Source of the DNA: Microbacterium sp.
GTDB lineage: Bacteria > Actinomycetota > Actinomycetes > Actinomycetales > Microbacteriaceae
DNA: 64,000 nt
NCBI RefSeq assembly: GCF_043427715.1
Contig: NZ_JBHWTD010000103.1
Location: 45,730 to 109,729, forward strand
Direction of reading: 5' to 3'
Both the position numbers and the translations under genes were made by a program. The notes beneath the pieces were generated by a model. It saw only the letters and a list, made by a program, of their open reading frames with translations. It did no database searches and was not told the origin of the DNA. Shown piece after piece: positions 48,316 through 59,791 of this stretch; position 1 is the stretch's first letter; the number at the start of each line of letters is the position of its first letter.

Positions 48316-49679
48316 CCGACGTCCTCGCGCTGCTGCGCGACGAGCTGGGTGAGCGCGTCGACACCAGCTCCGCCGCACGCGAGGATGCCCGCGCCGACAA
48401 GTCCGGCCACCGCTCCCCCGCCCCCGGGCTCGGCGTCGTCCACGCGCGTTCGGTCGCCGACGTCCAGGCCACGATGCGCATCGCCCACCGCACGGGCACA
48501 CCCGTCGTCGTGCGCGGCGCCGGCACCGGTCTCGCGGGCGCCGCGAACACTGGCCCGGGAGAGATCGCCTTGTCCCTGCGGGGAATGGACCGGATCCTCG
48601 AGGTGCGGGCCGATGACCTGCTGGCGGTGGTGGAACCCGGCATCCTCAACGGCACCCTGAACGCGGAGCTCGCCCCGCTCGGCCTGTGGTGGGCACCCGA
48701 CCCGGCCAGCCGCGACATCTCCACCGTCGGCGGCAACATCGCCACGGGAGCGGGCGGGCTCCTGTGCGCCAAGTACGGCGTCGTGCGCGACGCCGTACTC
48801 GCCCTCGACGTCGTGCTCGCCGACGGCACGCTCATCCACGTCGGTCATCGCAGCGTGAAGGGCGTCACCGGTTACGACCTGACCGCTCTCATGATCGGCT
48901 CCGAGGGCACCCTCGGCGTCGTCGTCGGGGCGACGCTGAAGCTGCGCCGGTTCGTCCCGGGCACCTCCCGGACCCTGACCGCCGTGTTCCCCGATGTACG
49001 CAGCGCCGCGGTCGCATCCGCGGCGGTCACCGCGTCGGGCGCCGCCCCCGCGATCATGGAACTGATGGACGCGACGAGCCTCGCCGCCGCTCACGACCTG
49101 CTCGGGCTCCCGGCGCCCCGGCCAGGCGCGGCCCAGCTCACCGTGCAGACCGACGGTGTTGCCGCCGAGGACGAGCAGGCGACGATCGCCGCCGTCCTGT
49201 CCGCCGCGGGCGGCGAGGTGCGCCTGGCCGAGGACGACGCCGAGGCCGAACGCCTCTGGACGATCCGCCGCTCGATGCACCCCGCGATGGAGCGCCTGGG
49301 CACCACCCTCATCGAAGACGTGTCCGTGCCGCGGAGCGCCCTGCCCGCGATGTTCGATGAGATCGCCCGCGTCGAGCGCACCTACGGTCTGACGATCCCG
49401 ACCGTGTGCCACGCCGGCGACGGCAACCTCCACCCCAACTTCGTCTTCGACGGCGACGAGGTCCCCGCGCAGATCTGGGATGCCGCGGACGAACTCTTCC
49501 GCGCCGCGCTGCGCCTGGGCGGCACCCTCACCGGGGAGCACGGGATCGGGGTCCTCAAGAGCCGGTGGCTCGCCGACGAGCTCGGGCCCGATCAGGACAG
49601 GCTGCAGCGTGGCATCAAGGCGGTCTTCGACCCCACCGGCATCCTCAATCCGGGCAAGGTCTTTCGGCCCCGGATCTGA
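48312..49679 (+). CDS. FAD-linked oxidase (GlcD / D-lactate dehydrogenase family)
   Basis: FAD_binding_4 region ([24 protein letters not shown]) and a C-terminal FAD-oxidase_C domain ([13 protein letters not shown]). Only the last 455 codons of ORF 46704..49679 are taken. Confidence 0.85.
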   Translation: MTDVLALLRDELGERVDTSSAAREDARADKSGHRSPAPGLGVVHARSVADVQATMRIAHRTGTPVVVRGAGTGLAGAANTGPGEIALSLRGMDRILEVRADDLLAVVEPGILNGTLNAELAPLGLWWAPDPASRDISTVGGNIATGAGGLLCAKYGVVRDAVLALDVVLADGTLIHVGHRSVKGVTGYDLTALMIGSEGTLGVVVGATLKLRRFVPGTSRTLTAVFPDVRSAAVASAAVTASGAAPAIMELMDATSLAAAHDLLGLPAPRPGAAQLTVQTDGVAAEDEQATIAAVLSAAGGEVRLAEDDAEAERLWTIRRSMHPAMERLGTTLIEDVSVPRSALPAMFDEIARVERTYGLTIPTVCHAGDGNLHPNFVFDGDEVPAQIWDAADELFRAALRLGGTLTGEHGIGVLKSRWLADELGPDQDRLQRGIKAVFDPTGILNPGKVFRPRI

Positions 49680-49685
49680 CGCGTG

Positions 49686-50285
49686 TCAGCCGTGGCTGAC
49701 CTGCGGGCCCATCGCCGCGGCGCGGGCGGCGCCCGGCCGGGTCGTCACGGCGAGGACGATGGACACCACGCCGATGAGGGCGGGCATGGTCGCGGGGAGC
49801 GTCCACGCTTTCACCCCTGCCGCGTGCGGCGCGAGGAGGGGAACCATCACGGCGAAGAACAGCGACAGCGCGAGCGCGAGCGAGACCGCGGCCAGGGGGA
49901 TCCAGCTCCACGGCGCCGGGACGACTCCGGCCCGGGCGATCACGATCGCCGCGGCGAGAGTGAGCGCGTAGACCGCTGCCGCCCCCAGAACCGTCGACGC
50001 ACCGTCGGCGCTTCCCCTCCCGGCGGCCTCGACGAGGGAGACCACGCCGAGCGACATCAGCACGAGGATGCCGCCGGGTCGCCGGCCGACGACGCTCTCC
50101 GAACGGTTCACGCCGATCGCGAAGACCGCGCACGCGACGAACGTGCACGCGGCGGCGCCGAGCGCCGCGGTGGGCGCGACCGGGTCACCGTCGGCGCGCG
50201 CGAACACCGCTGTGAGGGAGAGTGCGCTCTGTGCGATCAGAAGCATCCCACCGATCAGCCACGACCACACCGTTGTGCGTTGCAT
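49686..50285 (-). CDS. integral membrane protein, function unknown
   Basis: About 6 TM helices. ATG 50285 is preferred over GTG 50291 because of the TATGGT-N6-ATG arrangement. Confidence 0.6.
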   Translation of the reverse strand: MQRTTVWSWLIGGMLLIAQSALSLTAVFARADGDPVAPTAALGAAACTFVACAVFAIGVNRSESVVGRRPGGILVLMSLGVVSLVEAAGRGSADGASTVLGAAAVYALTLAAAIVIARAGVVPAPWSWIPLAAVSLALALSLFFAVMVPLLAPHAAGVKAWTLPATMPALIGVVSIVLAVTTRPGAARAAAMGPQVSHG

Positions 50286-50291
50286 GGCCAC

Positions 50292-50297
50292 ACCATA
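50292..50297 (-). promoter_or_regulatory. -10-like TATGGT, 6 nt before ATG 50285 (leaderless arrangement)
   Basis: The minus strand reads TATGGT-gtggcc-ATG. Confidence 0.4.
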
Positions 50298-50412
50298 GGG
50301 CGCGGCGCTGGCGCTGAGCGACCCCCTTGCGGATCATGAGGAAGATCTCATACGGCCGGCCCCTCGCCTCGTGGCACGCTGGAGGCTCCGCCTTCTTCCC
50401 TCGGAGCTCCTC

Positions 50413-50853
50413 GTGACCACCCTGCGCCCGGCGCACCGCGGCTTCCGCCCCGCTCTCGCGCTCACCGTCCTCGCGCTGTCCTTTACCGCCTGCAGCGCCC
50501 CGGAAGAACCCGCCGAACCGCGCTCCTCCCAGAGTCGCGCAGCCGCGTGCGCGGCGGTGGCAGAACACGTCGCGTCGGCGATGGCCGCCTTCGCCGACGT
50601 CGATCCGGGCGATCCGGAAGCGGCAGCCGGGGCCCTCGGCGAGGTGGTCGACGGCCTCACCGAAGCGGGCTCCGCCGTGAGCCATCGCGAGGTGGGGCGC
50701 ACGGTCGCCCAGATGCACGACGGCTTCGCCGGGCTTCGGGATGCCGTGGCCGCAGCCGCCGGCGGAGACCTCGCCGGAGCCGCCGAGCTCGCCGCGGCCA
50801 CCGAGAAGATCCGCTCGGCAGGTGCCGACTTCGCCACTTCGTGTCAGGGCTGA
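50413..50853 (+). CDS. putative lipoprotein, function unknown
   Basis: Signal-like N-terminus with ALSFTAC. GTG 50413 has GGAG 8 nt upstream. GTG 50371 is an alternative start. The mature part is Ala/Glu-rich and helical. Confidence 0.5.
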   Translation: MTTLRPAHRGFRPALALTVLALSFTACSAPEEPAEPRSSQSRAAACAAVAEHVASAMAAFADVDPGDPEAAAGALGEVVDGLTEAGSAVSHREVGRTVAQMHDGFAGLRDAVAAAAGGDLAGAAELAAATEKIRSAGADFATSCQG

Positions 50854-50937
50854 GGCCGCCTCCCAGCCTGGTCGCGTACCATTTACCACAGGTGTGCGGG
50901 TTTCCGCGCGCTGAGGGGCACTACTCGGGGGATATCG

Positions 50938-52359
50938 ATGTCCGAAGTAATCACGCGGCGCGAGGCCGACGACGTGGCGTCGGGCGACGCCCCTGACGTC
51001 CGGTGGGCACCGGCCGAACCGGCGCCCAAGCGCCGCCGCCTCGGCCTGAAGATCGGCATCCCGGTCGGCATCGTCACCGCCGGTGCGGTCGCCGCCTCGC
51101 TCGTGCTCATCGCTCCCGGCACCGCCGTCGCGGGCATCCCCGTCGGCGGTCAGACCGCCGACATGGCTGAGGGCAGCATCGCCGGTCACCTCGCCAACCT
51201 CACGATCACCCTCGGCGAGGGCGGCCCAACCGTCACCGGCGCCGATCTCGGCGCGACCGTCGACGCCTCCGCTCTCGCCGACGCCGCGTTCTCACAGAGC
51301 CCGATGTGGAACGTGGGCGCATGGTTCTCCACGGTCGACGGCCTCGAGGTCTCGCTCGACGAGGCGCAGGCCCACGAGGCGCTGCGCGCAGCGGTGCCCG
51401 ACCTCTACACCGACCCCACCCCCGCCGCCGTGGTCTTCACCGGCACGGGGTACGAGGCGCAGCCCGCCATCGACGGTACGGGCATCGACCTCGCCGCCCT
51501 GACCGCGGCGATCGAGGGCGCGGTCGCCGACGGCGCATCGCAGGCGACCATCGACGCCGCGTCGATCCCGGTGGCATCCGTCACCACGACCGAGATGGCC
51601 GAGGCCACCGCCGCGACCCTCACCGAGATGATCGCCGAAGCCGGCTTCTACGCCGGCGAAGAGCGCGTCGTCCCGATTTCGGCCAAGCGCCTCGATTCGT
51701 GGCTGGCGATCGGCACCGACGAGTCCGGCGCCTTCACGATCACCGCCGACCCCGCGGCCGTCCAGAAGACGGTCGACGGGCTCGCCGACAAGGTGAACCA
51801 GGACCCCGTCACCGCCGAGATCCTCACCAGCGAGAAGGGCACCCAGCTCGTCACGATCGTCGAGGGTCAGGACGGCCGCGTGCTCGGCGACACGTCGAAC
51901 ATCGCCTCCGACTACGCCGCGCAGCTGTCGACCGGCGACGCTGCGTACGCGCTCCCGGTCGACGTCACGCCGCGCGAGACGGTCACGACGACCCGCCTGG
52001 CCGAAGTCGACCTCAGCGAACAGCGCCTCTACCTGAAGGAGAACGGCAAGGTCATCGACACCTGGCTCATCTCCAGCGGCCGTCCGGGCGCTGAAACACA
52101 CACCGGTCGCTATTCAATCGGTTGGCGGTTGGAGAGCCAGGACATGTCCGGAACAGCCCGCGACTCGGGATTGCCCTATACGCGCGAGGGCGTGCCGTGG
52201 GTCATGTACTTCAACGGCAACCAGGCGTTCCACGGCGCGTACTGGCACAACAACTTCGGCAACCAGATGAGCGCCGGGTGCGTCAACATGCCGCCGAACC
52301 TGGCCAAGAAGCTCTACGACTGGCTGCCCAACGGCGGCGACGTCTGGATCCACTCCTGA
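50938..52359 (+). CDS. L,D-transpeptidase family protein (YkuD domain) with a long N-terminal membrane-anchored region
   Basis: The C-terminal catalytic block is AFHGAYWHNNFGNQMSAGCVNM (His ... SxGC). One N-terminal TM helix is present. Confidence 0.85.
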   Translation: MSEVITRREADDVASGDAPDVRWAPAEPAPKRRRLGLKIGIPVGIVTAGAVAASLVLIAPGTAVAGIPVGGQTADMAEGSIAGHLANLTITLGEGGPTVTGADLGATVDASALADAAFSQSPMWNVGAWFSTVDGLEVSLDEAQAHEALRAAVPDLYTDPTPAAVVFTGTGYEAQPAIDGTGIDLAALTAAIEGAVADGASQATIDAASIPVASVTTTEMAEATAATLTEMIAEAGFYAGEERVVPISAKRLDSWLAIGTDESGAFTITADPAAVQKTVDGLADKVNQDPVTAEILTSEKGTQLVTIVEGQDGRVLGDTSNIASDYAAQLSTGDAAYALPVDVTPRETVTTTRLAEVDLSEQRLYLKENGKVIDTWLISSGRPGAETHTGRYSIGWRLESQDMSGTARDSGLPYTREGVPWVMYFNGNQAFHGAYWHNNFGNQMSAGCVNMPPNLAKKLYDWLPNGGDVWIHS

Positions 52360-52368
52360 TCGACTGAT

Positions 52369-52391
52369 CCCGCCGCCGTCCCGGCGGCGGG
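52369..52391. terminator. Hairpin CCCGCCGCCG-tcc-CGGCGGCGGG
   Basis: 10-bp perfect stem directly after the L,D-transpeptidase stop. Confidence 0.55.
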
Positions 52392-52392
52392 C

Positions 52393-52434
52393 ATGAAGAA
52401 GGCCGGATGCCACGTGGCATCCGGCCTTCTTCAT
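52393..52434. terminator. 42-nt perfect palindrome (bidirectional terminator candidate)
   Basis: ATGAAGAAGGCCGGATGCCAC/GTGGCATCCGGCCTTCTTCAT lies between the convergent L,D-transpeptidase and icd genes. Confidence 0.6.
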
Positions 52435-52438
52435 GGGA

Positions 52439-54655
<2,217 letters not shown>

Positions 54656-54713
54656 GTGTCGTCTCTCCGTTGAATCGTCGGGGGAATGCCTCTCAGCCTA
54701 TCGCACGACACTG

Positions 54714-54740
54714 AAGTCTCTCGATGTCGAGATACTTTGC
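54714..54740 (-). promoter_or_regulatory. Palindromic motif GCAAAGTATCTCGACATCGAGAGACTT (icd copy, read on minus strand)
   Basis: Near-identical to 14270-14297 upstream of sdhC. It ends about 60 nt upstream of the icd GTG, and a TAGGCT hexamer lies 13 nt downstream of it. Confidence 0.6.
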
Positions 54741-54811
54741 GCAGGCGGTGGGATCTGCGCGCGCCGGGACACTTCTGCCGAACGGGTGTACCCGGATGCC
54801 GCACATGCCGC

Positions 54812-54817
54812 TAGCCT
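54812..54817 (+). promoter_or_regulatory. -10-like TAGCCT, 6 nt before the GNAT ATG (leaderless arrangement)
   Basis: Reads TAGCCT-ggccgc-ATG. Confidence 0.45.
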
Positions 54818-54823
54818 GGCCGC

Positions 54824-55276
54824 ATGACGGAGCTGCGATTGGTCGAACTGTCCGCCGAAACCATCGTGGCGGTGAACACGATGTCCCTGAAGCCTGGCCA
54901 GGAGCAGTTCCTCGCCCCGACGAGCTACGCCGTGGCCGGCGCGGTCGTGAACCCTGCCACCGCGTGGCAGCGCGTCGTGCTCGACGGTGACGAGGTCGTC
55001 GGCTTCGTCAGCGCGAACTTCGACGAGGATGCCGCGCAGGAGCACTTCCGCTCCGTGCTGTGGCGCATCAACGTCGACGCCGACGATCAGGGCCGCGGCG
55101 TCGGCCGCTTCGCCGTGGAGAAACTCCTCGACGAGGCCCGCGAACGAGGCTTCGACCACATCAACGTCATCTACGAAGCCGGTGACGGCGGCCCCGAGGC
55201 GTTCTTCCGCCGCGTCGGCTTCACCCCGGTCGACGAGACCGAGTACGGCGAGGTCGTCGCCGAGCGTCGCCTCTGA
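54824..55276 (+). CDS. GNAT family N-acetyltransferase
   Basis: 150 aa with an acetyl-CoA-binding-type motif QGRGVGRFAV. Confidence 0.8.
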   Translation: MTELRLVELSAETIVAVNTMSLKPGQEQFLAPTSYAVAGAVVNPATAWQRVVLDGDEVVGFVSANFDEDAAQEHFRSVLWRINVDADDQGRGVGRFAVEKLLDEARERGFDHINVIYEAGDGGPEAFFRRVGFTPVDETEYGEVVAERRL

Positions 55277-55306
55277 CCCCCGCCCGGACCCCGAGACGGC
55301 TGCAGC

Positions 55307-55336
55307 GGCAGCCCGAGACATCGGTCTCGGGCTGCC
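55307..55336. terminator. Hairpin GGCAGCCCGAGAC-atcg-GTCTCGGGCTGCC
   Basis: 13-bp perfect stem between the convergent GNAT and ABC exporter genes. Confidence 0.6.
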
Positions 55337-55377
55337 GTCCAGGGCCGTGCCTGCCGTCTCCCGGTCAGGGGGTGAGC

Positions 55378-57189
55378 TCAGACGAGCGACTGCTTCCAGG
55401 CGCTGTGGAGCTGAGCGAACTTGCCGGTGCCGGCGATGAGGGCGGCAGGGGTGTCGTCCTCGATGATGCGGCCGTGCTCCATGACGAGCACCCGGTCGGC
55501 GATCGCCACGGTCGACAGCCGATGGGCGATGATGATCGCGGTGCGGTCGGCCAGGAGCGTACCCAGGGCCTCCTGAATCTGCCGTTCGCTCGGGATGTCG
55601 AGCGACGCCGTCGCCTCGTCGAGGATCAGCACCGCCGGGTCCGCGAGGAAGGCGCGTGCGAACGAGATCAGCTGACGCTGTCCCGCCGACACACGACCGC
55701 CGCGCTTGTTGACGTCGGTGTGATAGCCGTCCGGCAGACGTTCGATGAACTCGTGCGCCCCCACGGCGCGCGCCGCCGCCTGGATCTCCTCGAGCGTCGC
55801 GTCGGGCTTTCCCAGCGCGATGTTGTCGGCGACGGTCCCGCTGAACAGGTACGCCTCCTGCGTGACCATGACGATCGCCCGCCGGAGGTCCTTCGGGTGC
55901 AGGCTCCGCAGGTCGACGCCGTCGAGGGTGAGCCGGCCGACGGTCGGATCGTAGAACCGCGCCACCAGCTTCGCGAGCGTCGACTTGCCGGCACCGGTCG
56001 TGCCGACCAGCGCGATCGTCTGACCCGCGGGGATGTCGAGGGAGAAGTCCGGCAGGATGGTCCGCTCGTCGGAGTACCCGAAGGTGACGCCCTCGAAGCG
56101 CAGGTGCCCGCGCGCCTCCCACAGATCGACAGGCCGCTCGGGGTCGGGCACCGTCGGCGCCTCCTCGAGTACGCCTGACACCTTCTCGAGCGCGGCGGTC
56201 GCCGACTGGTAGGAGTTCAGGAAGAACGCCACTTCCTGCATCGGCGCGAAGAAGTTCCGCACGTAGAGCACCGCCGACAGCAGGAAGCCGAGCTCGAGCG
56301 CACCGTTCGTGACGCGGAACCCGCCCCAGAACACGACGAGGGCGAGGGCGAGGGATGCCACGGCCATCATGCCCGGCTCGAACGTACCGAACAGGCGGAT
56401 CGAGCGCATGTTGACCTCGCGGTAGTCGCTCGCGAGACCACCGAACTCGGCGTCGTTGGCGGGCTCCTTGCGGAACGCCTTGACCGCGCGGATGCCGGTC
56501 ATCGACTCCACGAACTTGACGATGACCTTCGCGCTGACGACGCGCGACTCGCGGTAGACGATCTGCGATCGCAGGTAGAACCAGCGCATCAGGAAGTACA
56601 GCGGGATGCCCATCGCCGCGAGGATGAGGCCCGACTGCCAGTCGAGCAGCAGGAGAGCGACGAGCGTGAACCCGCCGTACAGCAGGCCCGACACGAGTTC
56701 GTTCAGACCCCCGTCGAGCAGTTCGCGGATGGTGTCGAGGTCGCTCGTCTGACGGGAGATGATCCGGCCCGACGTGTACGACTCGTGGAACTCGAGACTC
56801 AGTCGCTGCGTGTGCAGGAAGATCCGCTTGCGCAGGTCGAGCATGACGGCCTGCGTGAGGCGCGCGGCGACGACCGCGTACCACCCGATGAGCGCCGCGC
56901 CGCCGATCGCGGTGACGATGAAGATCCCGACGACGAGGAAGGTCGGCATCCAGTCGGCCTCGGCCTGCACCGCAGGGAGGGCGTTCGCGATGCCCCAGCC
57001 GACGAGGGCGGGGCCCGCCACGCGCAGCGCGGTCGAGATGACCAGCACGACGGCCGCGAGGACGAGCTGCATCTTCAGGGGCATGACGAGCGACCCCAGC
57101 AGTCGCAGCGACCGGCGCCGGATCTCGCGGCTCTCGGCGCGCGTGTAGTCGGAGCGGTCTTCGCCGCTCGTGCCGGTGACGGTGCTCAC
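55378..57189 (-). CDS. heterodimeric ABC exporter subunit (TMD-NBD), canonical catalytic Glu, deviant signature
   Basis: Walker [10 protein letters not shown], signature VSAGQRQL (non-canonical), Walker [12 protein letters not shown] and H-loop AHRLST. The GTG start overlaps the upstream stop (GTGA). Confidence 0.9.
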   Translation of the reverse strand: MSTVTGTSGEDRSDYTRAESREIRRRSLRLLGSLVMPLKMQLVLAAVVLVISTALRVAGPALVGWGIANALPAVQAEADWMPTFLVVGIFIVTAIGGAALIGWYAVVAARLTQAVMLDLRKRIFLHTQRLSLEFHESYTSGRIISRQTSDLDTIRELLDGGLNELVSGLLYGGFTLVALLLLDWQSGLILAAMGIPLYFLMRWFYLRSQIVYRESRVVSAKVIVKFVESMTGIRAVKAFRKEPANDAEFGGLASDYREVNMRSIRLFGTFEPGMMAVASLALALVVFWGGFRVTNGALELGFLLSAVLYVRNFFAPMQEVAFFLNSYQSATAALEKVSGVLEEAPTVPDPERPVDLWEARGHLRFEGVTFGYSDERTILPDFSLDIPAGQTIALVGTTGAGKSTLAKLVARFYDPTVGRLTLDGVDLRSLHPKDLRRAIVMVTQEAYLFSGTVADNIALGKPDATLEEIQAAARAVGAHEFIERLPDGYHTDVNKRGGRVSAGQRQLISFARAFLADPAVLILDEATASLDIPSERQIQEALGTLLADRTAIIIAHRLSTVAIADRVLVMEHGRIIEDDTPAALIAGTGKFAQLHSAWKQSLV

Positions 57190-59006
57190 AGGGACACCTC
57201 CCTCTCCTGCTGGCGTTTCTGTTCGTCCTCGAGGCTCGAGATGACGTGGCGGTAGTGCTCGCTGGTGCGAAGCAGCTCGGAGTGCGTCCCGACCGCCGTG
57301 ACGCGCCCCTCCTGGAGCAGCGCGACCCGGTCGGCGAGGGTCACTGTCGAGGGACGGTGGGCGACGATGAGCGCCGTCGTCTCGGCGAGCACCTCGCGCA
57401 GCGCGTCTTCGACGAGCGCCTCGGTGTCGACGTCCAGCGCCGACAGCGGGTCGTCGAGGACGAGCACAGCGGGGCGAGCGGCGACGGCGCGGGCGAGGGC
57501 GAGCCGCTGACGCTGGCCGCCGGAGAGGCTGAGCCCCTCCTCGCCGATGACGGTGTCAACGCCGTTCGGCAGATCATCGACGAAGCCGGCCTGCGCGACC
57601 TGCAGCGCTTCGCGGAGCACGCGCTCCGCCTCGGCGCTGCCGGGAACCAGGTCCTCGCGCCCGAGCAGCACGTTCTCCCGAACCGTCTGCGAGAACAGCG
57701 TGGCGTCCTCGAACGCCATGCCGACGTGACGGCGCAGCTCGGTGAGGGTGAGGTCGCGGACATCCACCCCGTCGAGGGTGACCCGGCCGCCGGTGACGTC
57801 GTACAGGCGCCCCGGCAGGGTCGTCAGCGTGGTCTTGCCCGACCCGGTGAGACCGACGAGCGCCATCGTCTCGCCCGGACGGAGGGCGAGGTCGATCCCG
57901 TTGAGGAGGTCGCGCTCGGCGTCACCGGCATCCTGATACCGGAAATGCGCATCCTCGAAGACCAGCTCCCCGCGAGGGCTGTCGATCGTGGTCGGGTTCT
58001 CGGGGTCGGTGATGGTGTTCTGCTCGTCGAAGACCTCGAAGATGCGGTCGGTCGCGGTGCGCGCATCGACGAGGAAGGAGAACAGGAAGCCGATCGATTC
58101 CACCGGCCACCGCAGGATCGTCGCCAGCGCGAAGAAGGCGATGAGTGCGGCATTGTCGATCTCGCCCGCCTGGGCGAGGAAGATGCCGGCGCCCAGGCAC
58201 AGCGCGAACGCGATATCGGGCAGGAGGACCAGCCAGAACCAGATCCAGCCGACGGCCCGGGCCTTGCTGATCTCGGTCTCGCGGAGGGTCTCCGCCTGAC
58301 GCGTGAACTTCTTCAGCGCGTGGCCGCCGCGGCCGAAGGCCTTGAGGACGCGGATGCCGTGGACGGATTCCTCCACCGCGGTCGCGAGGTCGCCGGCCTG
58401 GTCCTGGCTCTGGCGCGACAGCGCGCCGTAGCGGTTCTCGAAGATGTACCCGGCGATCCACAGCGGCGCGGACACGGCGACGAAGATCGTGCCGAGCAGC
58501 CAGTGCCAGCGGAACAGGATCACCGATCCCACCACGATCGTGATGACGTTGACCACGAGCAGCACGACGCCGAAGGCGAGCCACCGACGGATGAGGCTGA
58601 TGTCCTGCATCATCCGGCTGAGCAGCTGGCCGGACTGCCACCGGTCGTGGAACGCGACGGGCAGTCGCTGCAGTCGGGCGAAGAAGTCGGTGCGCAGCTC
58701 GTACTCGACGGCGGTGGCGGGGCCGAGCACGAACCAGCGACGCGCCCACACCATGAGCGCTTCGAGGAGGCCGAGCAGGAGGACGAGCCCCGCACCGAGG
58801 GCGATCAGGCCGGGCTGGCCCGACGCGATGGGGCCTTCGTCACCGACGATCCGCTCGAGGACGAGGGGGATGCCGAGGGCGAGGAGGCTCGCGATGAGGG
58901 CGCTGACGGCCCCGAGCGCGAGGCGCGGCAGGACCGGCTTCGCGAACGGGATGAGCCGCGCGAGCGAACGGGCGGTGGACAGACGGGGAGGCGTCGAAGA
59001 GGTCAT
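57186..59006 (-). CDS. heterodimeric ABC exporter subunit (TMD-NBD) with a degenerate Walker B
   Basis: Walker [10 protein letters not shown] and canonical signature LSGGQRQR. Walker [12 protein letters not shown] has Asp in place of the catalytic Glu. The Q-loop position is occupied by Glu (AFEDATLF). Confidence 0.9.
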   Translation of the reverse strand: MTSSTPPRLSTARSLARLIPFAKPVLPRLALGAVSALIASLLALGIPLVLERIVGDEGPIASGQPGLIALGAGLVLLLGLLEALMVWARRWFVLGPATAVEYELRTDFFARLQRLPVAFHDRWQSGQLLSRMMQDISLIRRWLAFGVVLLVVNVITIVVGSVILFRWHWLLGTIFVAVSAPLWIAGYIFENRYGALSRQSQDQAGDLATAVEESVHGIRVLKAFGRGGHALKKFTRQAETLRETEISKARAVGWIWFWLVLLPDIAFALCLGAGIFLAQAGEIDNAALIAFFALATILRWPVESIGFLFSFLVDARTATDRIFEVFDEQNTITDPENPTTIDSPRGELVFEDAHFRYQDAGDAERDLLNGIDLALRPGETMALVGLTGSGKTTLTTLPGRLYDVTGGRVTLDGVDVRDLTLTELRRHVGMAFEDATLFSQTVRENVLLGREDLVPGSAEAERVLREALQVAQAGFVDDLPNGVDTVIGEEGLSLSGGQRQRLALARAVAARPAVLVLDDPLSALDVDTEALVEDALREVLAETTALIVAHRPSTVTLADRVALLQEGRVTAVGTHSELLRTSEHYRHVISSLEDEQKRQQEREVSL

Positions 59007-59107
59007 GTTCCTGCAGGGGTGGAAGCGGATGCGGCGGCGGCGGCGGGGAGCGCGGCACTGCGCAGAAGATCAGGGTCGAGGAGGCCCTCAGAGGAAGAAC
59101 AGCGAGG

Positions 59108-59128
59108 GGCGCGGATTGCTTCCGCGCC
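59108..59128 (-). terminator. Leader hairpin GGCGCGGA-agcaa-TCCGCGCC (attenuator candidate)
   Basis: It starts 3 nt after the stop of the 23-codon leader ORF and is followed by CCUCGCUGUUCUUCCUCU. It lies about 100 nt upstream of the ABC gene ATG. Confidence 0.35.
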
Positions 59129-59131
59129 GGG

Positions 59132-59203
59132 TCATCCCTGGCGGGCCGGGCGTCCGATGGCGAGGAAGGCGACGGACTTCGTGATGACGATCTCCGGGAA
59201 CAT
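59132..59203 (-). CDS. candidate leader peptide (23 aa) MFPEIVITKSVAFLAIGRPARQG
   Basis: The strong SD GAGGAGG lies 5 nt before the ATG. G/C occupies the third position in 21 of 23 codons. It is too short for the ORF track and no homology was assessed. Confidence 0.35.
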   Translation of the reverse strand: MFPEIVITKSVAFLAIGRPARQG

Positions 59204-59263
59204 GGCTTCCTCCTCGATGGGGTCGGACGGGGGCACCCGCGTCGTGAGCGGGAGCCCTCCAGA

Positions 59264-59791
59264 TTATCCCTGAGGATCAGCCGACTGCAAGATCGCGCTC
59301 TCGCGGGCGAGCAGCCGCTCCTTGACCTCGAGCCCCCAGGCGAATCCGCCCAGACCGCCGCCGGTGCGGATGACGCGGTGGCAGGGCACGAACAGCGCCG
59401 GGGCGTTGCGCGCGCAGATGGATGCCGCGGCCCTCACGGCACCGGGGCTCCCCGACCGCTCCGCGAACGCCGTGTAGGTGAGGACCTCTCCCGCCGGGAT
59501 GCCGCGCAGCGCCGCCCAGCCGGCGAGCTGCATCGCTGTCCCCGCCTGAGACACCGGGACCGCATCGATCGCGGAGAGGTCGCCGGCGTAGTACTCGCGC
59601 ACCGCTGCGGTGGCGGCGGAGCCCGACCCCGGCTCCGCGAGCGCGATCGTCGAGGGCCGGAAGGCGGGGCGGAGCCGGGCGACGATCGCGTCGGCATCCG
59701 CCGTCCAGCCCGAGGCGAGGACGGCGCCGTCTTCCTCGAGCAGGGTGAAGGGACCGTCGGGGGTGTCGATCGTCCGCAGGTGCGCGGTCAT
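59264..59791 (-). CDS. ogt: methylated-DNA--protein-cysteine methyltransferase
   Basis: Active-site motif PCHRV. ATG 59791 overlaps the ada/alkA stop (ATGA). Confidence 0.85.
   Translation of the reverse strand: MTAHLRTIDTPDGPFTLLEEDGAVLASGWTADADAIVARLRPAFRPSTIALAEPGSGSAATAAVREYYAGDLSAIDAVPVSQAGTAMQLAGWAALRGIPAGEVLTYTAFAERSGSPGAVRAAASICARNAPALFVPCHRVIRTGGGLGGFAWGLEVKERLLARESAILQSADPQG

Noticed and set aside
46461-49541. 1026-aa ORF-track product ending in GlyA
   Set aside because: Only the C-terminal 424 aa (from ATG 47735, with an SD) are serine hydroxymethyltransferase. The N-terminal 600 aa run antisense through the ZTP riboswitch, the DUF2568-like gene and the glcD-like gene. Similar over-extensions were trimmed for deoA (7637 to 7256), pckG, glpF, glpD, add, ada/alkA, ogt and the RamB-like gene (39522 to 41118).
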